From contig JBCBZJ010000041.1 in assembly GCA_039815375.1 (NCBI GenBank), positions 1 to 18,207 of the forward strand: a stretch of 18,207 nucleotides of DNA, given 5' to 3'. Positions 17,339-18,207 of the stretch are shown in pieces. The notes under the pieces are model-generated. The model was not told the DNA's origin. It searched no databases and saw only the letters and a program-made list of their open reading frames with translations. The position numbers and the translations under genes are program-made. The stretch comes from Verrucomicrobiota bacterium. GTDB taxonomy: Bacteria; Verrucomicrobiota; Verrucomicrobiia; Opitutales; Coraliomargaritaceae. Numbering within the stretch: the first letter of the stretch is position 1; every line of letters starts with the position of its first letter.

Positions 17339-18207
17339 GTGAAAACAAAGATAGCTCATAATACTCTCCTTCTATTATTCATGGCCGGATCAAGCGGATG
17401 CTCTGCTGAATTCTTCGAATATGGGGCGACTAACGAGACTTTCACAATAAGCCTCCAAACCAGTCCAGACGAAGTCTACTACATCGAAGAATCAACTAAC
17501 TTGGATGAGTGGATTCTTGTCCATGCTGAAAGTTCGAACGATCCCAAGATGGAGACGAGTTTCTCAGAAGATACCTCAACCGAGTCGTCCAAATTTTTCC
17601 GGGTGATCAAAAAACCTCTTGCGGAAACTGTTCCGCTCGTGACGGAATTCTCCTTTTTTGGAGGTATTTTTCACACGCAGTCAGATCGACACCATCGGCT
17701 CATATACCACACGACGGTCGAGTTATGGAACCCATACAAGTTCGATATTGCTTTACCCAACGAAACCAGAGAACGAGCCTATTGGGTCATTATCGAAAAC
17801 CTACCTGTGGTTACAGTCGAAGCGAAACGAAGTAAGCCCTTCGGACTCGAAACCGTTTTGGACTACTCCATTGATCTCAACGATTTCCCCGAGGAATACA
17901 TCAGCAACAGCACAATCGAGACTCTCCCTTGGGATTGGATTTTTATCGAAAACTTGGAAATGCCTTCAGGGGAGGTTTACATGGCAAGAACCAACTCATC
18001 GAGAGGACTGCCAAGGGGCGTCGCATCGAGCGAGGACAGGTGGTTTTGGGAGGCGGCCACCGTGGATCCATCCTTTCCGGTTCTCTATGCGAACGATAAT
18101 GTCGAGATCAGCGCAGAACCTTGCAGAATCACGGTCCACTTGATTCCGTTCAGGGGGTTCACTGACGATTCAGTCCACCCCCTCGATGTGGGAGAGCCTC
18201 TGGTAAC
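17339..18207 (+). CDS. Secreted hypothetical protein, paralog B (incomplete, runs off the window)
   Basis: Manual translation from GTG 17339: MKTKIAHNTLLLLFMAGSSGCSAEFFEY...PDEVYYIEESTNLDEW...FFRVIKKPLAETVPLVTEF...ELWNPY...IIENLPVVTVE...HPLDVGEPLV. It is open to the window end and colinear with paralog A. Confidence 0.88.
   Translation, partial: MKTKIAHNTLLLLFMAGSSGCSAEFFEYGATNETFTISLQTSPDEVYYIEESTNLDEWILVHAESSNDPKMETSFSEDTSTESSKFFRVIKKPLAETVPLVTEFSFFGGIFHTQSDRHHRLIYHTTVELWNPYKFDIALPNETRERAYWVIIENLPVVTVEAKRSKPFGLETVLDYSIDLNDFPEEYISNSTIETLPWDWIFIENLEMPSGEVYMARTNSSRGLPRGVASSEDRWFWEAATVDPSFPVLYANDNVEISAEPCRITVHLIPFRGFTDDSVHPLDVGEPLV

Noticed and set aside
17339..17410. Lipoprotein signal in paralog B (SSGC)
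   Set aside because: It is not a canonical lipobox, and paralog A has Trp at the same position (GWSA vs GCSA), favouring signal peptidase I cleavage.
17658..18143. 161-aa + strand ORF in the ORF track
   Set aside because: It is an out-of-frame shadow of paralog B, whose frame (from 17339) is supported by homology to 16056-17252.
1..18207. CRISPR arrays, tRNA/rRNA, IS elements, integrases; remaining nested or antisense short ORFs
   Set aside because: No regularly spaced repeats, cloverleaf or transposase/recombinase motifs were seen by eye. The other short ORFs lie within well-supported genes.

Overview
Mostly core-genome bacterial DNA. The gene styles suggest Verrucomicrobiota (Opitutia/Puniceicoccaceae-like), which is an inference. 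In order, the window holds: a Ski2/HelY-like SF2 helicase, a decayed VapC/PIN remnant, a stand-alone GspF/PilC protein, a TPMT-like methyltransferase directly downstream of the SRP RNA gene (ffs), a hypothetical protein with a cryptic HipA/PI3K-like kinase signature, SufU plus a YyaL/DUF255 protein, two tandem type IV pilin paralogs, mutL plus an amidase-signature protein, a pdp-punA-upp nucleoside salvage operon downstream of a 6S RNA gene, and two tandem secreted-protein paralogs. The second paralog is missing from the ORF track and runs off the window. Most notable: (1) mutL has lost all C-terminal endonuclease metal ligands but keeps its clamp motif, and it lies 4 nt upstream of an amidase lacking all three Ser-cisSer-Lys catalytic residues; (2) the unannotated kinase-like protein; (3) two structured RNA genes, each directly upstream of protein genes. 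No CRISPR array, tRNA/rRNA or intact mobile element was seen. All alignments and motif calls were made by eye.
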